Source: Octopus vulgaris
Lineage: Eukaryota
Length of the DNA stretch: 64,000 bases
Reading direction: 5' to 3'
Assembly: GCA_951406725.2 (NCBI GenBank)
Contig: OX597823.1
Span: 24,242,001-24,306,000 of the forward strand
Within the stretch, counting starts at the first letter, position 1. Every line of letters starts with the position of its first letter. This document shows positions 1 through 64,000 of the stretch, piece after piece. Made by a program: the position numbers and the translations under genes. Below the pieces are notes generated by a model. It saw only the letters and a list, made by a program, of their open reading frames with translations. It was not told the origin of the DNA and did no database searches.

Positions 1-548
1 CAAAAGCTTTGTAGTGTGGTCTTTCTTTTTGTCCTTGATTATTTGGGATAAAAATTAGCTCTTCCTCATCTTGTATGAGGAATACCAAATGTCTTCATGC
101 ACTACCTGCCTGATAAGAAACTCAGACACTCCCACGTTCCTGGTGATGAACCTGATTGACTTGGAAGGATTGTTGTCAACCATGGCCTGGAAATCACAAA
201 CAAATTCAGGAACTTTTTTTCTTATTGGAGTGAGTTTTACAAACTACCATACCTTCATAATCACCATTAGATTCATCCAATTCTTTCTTAACCCTCTATA
301 TTGTCCTAAGATTGACACCCAAACACTCTGAGATATTCGTACTGGAGTTTCCAGCTTGAATGTCAAGCAGTACAGCATGTTGTTTCCAAATTTCTGGCAG
401 AGTGAATTGTGTCATGCTGCTGTTTTTCTCACAGACAGTGCCCAAATGACCCTACTATACTGTATAGTCAACAAAATCAAAAACAAACAATGCACATGTG
501 CATAATTAAGAATATAAAATAGCTACAATTTACCCATCACACCTTGAG
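1..548 (-). mobile_element. Decayed 5' part of a Tc1/mariner-like DNA transposon
   Basis: About 350-545 is the reverse complement of a similar sequence at about 38110-38340 (tttacccatcacacc versus ggtgtgatgggtaaa, 'ctgtgagaaaa.cagca'). Family assignment is by recognition only. Confidence 0.45.
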
Positions 549-801
549 ACTAGTATAATTTCTTTTTGTCCCTATATCTAAAAGAATTTACATAAACTGA
601 CATGAATTTACATAAACTGACAAGGCAAGTTAAGTTTAGTCCTCAGTAATTGAGTAAGGGTCACTGATGAGGATTAATTAAATCCAAAATCATCGATGAT
701 CTGTCTATCTCACTTGCTGTAGGGAGCTTGTCTCCTCTTCATTCTCATCCTCCTCCTAACATACAAATATTCTTGATACCAATTTCTATTATCAATTCCA
801 G

Positions 802-60267
<59,466 letters not shown>

Positions 60268-61087
60268 GTAATTATTCTTTGTGTTTTATCATTGGAATTC
60301 TCTTTTTATTTTTAGCTGAAATTTGTGATTCCATTTCTACTTCATAGTATGTAGACAACCAAGTCTGTAAAGACGTTGACAGGTTTACCTATAATGATAG
60401 ACCAAGACATGGTTCTGAAAATAAGCAACATTAAGAACTGTAAACACTGTTAGGGTATTCTCATACAGTATTTGTTCACCTTAAACACTTTTATGCACAC
60501 TTTCACTTGTATTTTTATGCAAGAAGGAAACTCGTCTTATTTTCTTTAAACATGAGTTATAGAAGTAGTGATGGTAGTGGTGGTGATAGTATTAGAAATA
60601 GCAGCAACAGATTTTCTTCAATTATCATATTTTCCTGACTTTGTGCTGTTATAGCACTGTGTCTCAGCATTAGAAACTGAGGTAATGCCAATCTATGTAG
60701 TTGTGTATTTCCTATATTTTATCATGGTTAATATAGTAAGATCCCCATCTTATCACCAACCATTATATATTACAACTAAGTACATTTTCCCATGCTATTA
60801 GAATTAGAGAAGGTTCTTACTGGCACAAAAGAATCTTTTCTGCTTAAAATAAGTTTCTCATCAGATTAGTTCCATGGCATTGAGAACTAAACTCAGTGTG
60901 ATCTGAAGGATTTTGTTTTTTCCTGTTAAAATTCTTCTTTCATGAAACCCTGGACATAAGGGAAATTCACTGCAATTAGTGATCTTGGTATTCAAAAACC
61001 TATGGATGCTACAGTGTCATTGCTACCATGAGGAATCTTTCTGATTCCAAATGAGCCATTTCCCTGTGTAAGTGTGTGAGTGTATAT

Positions 61088-62400
61088 ATCATCATCATTG
61101 TTTAACGTCCGCTTTCCATGATAGCATGGGTTGGACAATTTGACTGAGGACTGGTGAACCAAATGGCTACACCAGGCTTCAATCTGATCTGGCAGAGTTT
61201 CTACAGCTGGATGCCCTTCCAAACGCTTACCACACTGAGATTGTAGTGGGTGATTTTACATGCCACTGGCATGAGGGCCAGTCAGGCAGTACTGGCAACG
61301 GGCACTCTCAAGTGGTGTTTTTTACATGCCATCTGCACAGGAGCCAGTCCAGTGGCACTAGCAACAACCTCGCTTGAATGTTTTTCATGTGACACTGGCA
61401 CATGTTTCAATGGTGCTTTTTACATACCACCAGCATGGAAGCCAGTCAGCTGCTCTGGCAGCTATCACTCTCAGATGGTGCCAGTCATCGAATTTGCAAA
61501 TTTGATTTGATTTCCATTTCACTTGCCTCATCAGGTCTTCGCAAGCAGAGTTTAGTGTCCAATGAAGGAAAGGTATGCATAAGTGGGCTGGTTACCTCCC
61601 TGGCATAGGCCACTGGTTATGGTCTCACTTGGCTTGCCGGATCTTCTCACGCACTGCATATTTCCAAAGGTCTTAGTCACTAGTCATTGCCTCAGTGAGG
61701 TCTAATGTTCAAAGGCTGTGCTTCACCACCTCATCCCAGGTCTTCTTGGGTCTACCTCTTCCACAGGTTCCCTCAACTGTTAGGGTGTGGCACTTTTTCA
61801 CACAGCTATCCTCATCCATTCTCGCCACATGACCATACCAGTGCAATCATCTCTCTTGCACACCACATCTGATGCTTCTTAAGTCCAACTTTTCTCTCAA
61901 GGTACTTACACTCTGTCGAGTATGCACACTGATATTACACACCCATCGGATCATACTGGTTTCATTCCTTGTGAGCTTACACATGTCCTCAGCAGTCACA
62001 GCCCATGGCTGTTTGTACACATGTGTCATACAGTCTACCTTTTACTCTGAGCGAGAGGCCCTTTGTTACCAGCAGAAGTAAGAGCTCTCTGAACTTTGTC
62101 CAGGCTATTCTTATTCTAGCAGCTACACTTTCAGAGTACCCTCCCCAGCTACTGACTTGGTCACCTAGGTAACAGAAGTTATCAACTACTTCTAGTTTTT
62201 CTCCCTGGAATGTGACAGGAGTTGTTCTTTGCATATTTTTATTGTTTATTCCACCTGAGCATCTGCCACATACAAAACTATCTTCCCAGTTAGCCTTCCT
62301 TTGATATTGCATGTTCATAGCTTATACTGGGTACATCTTTTCTACAGATCGAGCAGGGCTATCTACCTGAAGGGATTTGTGGTTTGTCTGCCTTCCTACT
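61088..62400 (-). mobile_element. RTE-clade LINE 3' portion with (GAT)n tail
   Basis: LEVVDNFCYLGD, ARIRIAWTKFREL, LRVKGRLY and RNETSMIRW in ORFs 61847-62318. The 3' UTR matches the dispersed tail family. Confidence 0.8.
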
Positions 62401-62429
62401 TACCTACTTATTAATTCTTATTACAAAAT

Positions 62430-63515
62430 CACACTCACACAGAAACAATGCAATCACACACACATACATATACATACACGCACAAACACAATATCCCCAC
62501 ACTAGAGCACAAACCCACACACATTCCAAGAAAAAACACATACATGTATACACTTGCAATATGCTTCTTGCAGCCATAACCAACACTCACACACATACAC
62601 ACATATGTAAACATGTACATGCACACACCTACACACACCACCCTGACAATTACAAATCACATTCACACAAGCACACCCACACATACACAGATGCACACAC
62701 AAACACGCAACTACAACACAACCCACACAAACACACACAGATATATATACACACATGTACACACACACACAAACACTCAAACAAAAAAACACAGGCACAC
62801 ACACAAAAGAAAAAACACACACATATACACACAATACAATCCCAACAACCACAACAAACACTCACAAACATACATACACACAATGACACACCCACATGTA
62901 TACACACACACTACACTAACAATACAAACAAAACAAATCACTCACAAATGCAGCACACACACACACACACAGAAACTACATAAACCATACTCATATATAT
63001 ACACACACAAACGCATACTCAGTACCAACATACACAAAACGCACATGCACACACATACATACCACCCAGATAAACCCAACACACATGGACACACAAACCC
63101 TTGATAAATACAACACACTTACATATACACACCCACACATACCCCCCACACACACATACATATGCTCCATCACACACACACACCACAAGGACAATTAAAA
63201 CACAAACATACTCAGACAGACACAACACACACACATACACACTCACGTACACACACATAACATCCCCACTAACACAAAACAAACATTTGTGCACACACAT
63301 ACACACGTGAACAAACATATATACACACACATGCGCACACACAACACCCTGACAAATACCAATCACACACATACACACACACACAACACTAGGACAATTA
63401 TAGCACACACTCATGTACACACATATAACATCCCCACCAACACAAGAAACACACAAGCATACACACGCACCCACAGACACACACATACACACGCAAAAAA
63501 GACAGGCACACACAC
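62430..63515. repeat. Long degenerate CA-rich low-complexity tract
   Basis: About 1.1 kb of interrupted (CA)n with almost no G on the + strand. Confidence 0.9.
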
Positions 63516-64000
63516 CTTTCATCCTTTCAGGGTCAATAAATTAAGTATCAGTGAAAGACCGAGGTTGATGTAATTGACTAGCCTCCTCCCCAAAAACTGT
63601 TGGCTGTGTGCCAAAATTTGAAACCATTATTATTATTAATTTATTAATTTGTAGATAACTATGTAGAAATCCCAGTAATTGAAATTTTGAATAAAATATT
63701 TGTAAACCATTTTGGTCATTGTTTTATAACTGGACAATATATTATAGAAAAACCAATCCATCCAGAAAATGATTTTTCACATAAAGACACACCTCTAGGA
63801 TTAATATGAATCCTAGTGCATCAGGACACATAAACAAAATCTCACCTGAAAGTTTCAGTTCTAGGTAATCTATTTGCACAACACTCTTCTAATGCTTTGC
63901 TTCTATCTAACACTAAATGACTATAAAAATACTTGACATGTTCATTTACCACCTGTTTAAGGGCATAACAAGCTGATAAAAGCACACCATTAGAGATGTA

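Noticed and set aside
584-622. 20-bp tandem duplication (also the 22-bp unit at about 21587-21645)
   Set aside because: Ordinary slippage duplications with no further structure.
661-705. Hammerhead-like CTGATGA-ggatt/aatcc hairpin
   Set aside because: GAAA is replaced by AAAA and I could not build a convincing stem III or cleavage triplet; at most a fossil.
62384-63573. Long ORFs rich in H/T or C/V (also 1939, 11782, 13260, 15268-16130, 27493, 38810)
   Set aside because: Translations of (CA)n, (TA)n and (TG)n microsatellites.

Overview
AT-rich, microsatellite- and SINE-dense eukaryotic DNA; the repeat families and (TA)n/(CA)n density suggest a coleoid cephalopod, probably Octopus (inference). 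The window is the interior of one large + strand gene with no start or stop visible. I can place 15 GT-AG exons, all symmetric phase 1-1 and stop-free, in three fixed sizes: 171 bp Sushi/CCP (S), 240 bp PAN/apple type A (A) and 234 bp PAN/apple type B (B). Their order is S-A-B-S-A-B-S-S-A-B-S-A-B-S-A, giving 3162 bp or about 1054 aa of a Lys-rich, disulfide-bonded extracellular repeat protein. The array grew by tandem duplication of exon-plus-intron units and shows a higher-order alternation. Its PAN exons appear to diverge mainly by amino-acid-changing substitutions. The introns carry Penelope-like ends with hammerhead ribozyme cores (one in a 525-bp-arm near-perfect palindrome), an IR/DR Tc1 element, mariner, RTE and Tx1 LINE relics, a Helitron, a foldback element with a paralogous empty site, and many SINEs. 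TE boundaries are approximate unless stated. All alignments and counts were done by eye.
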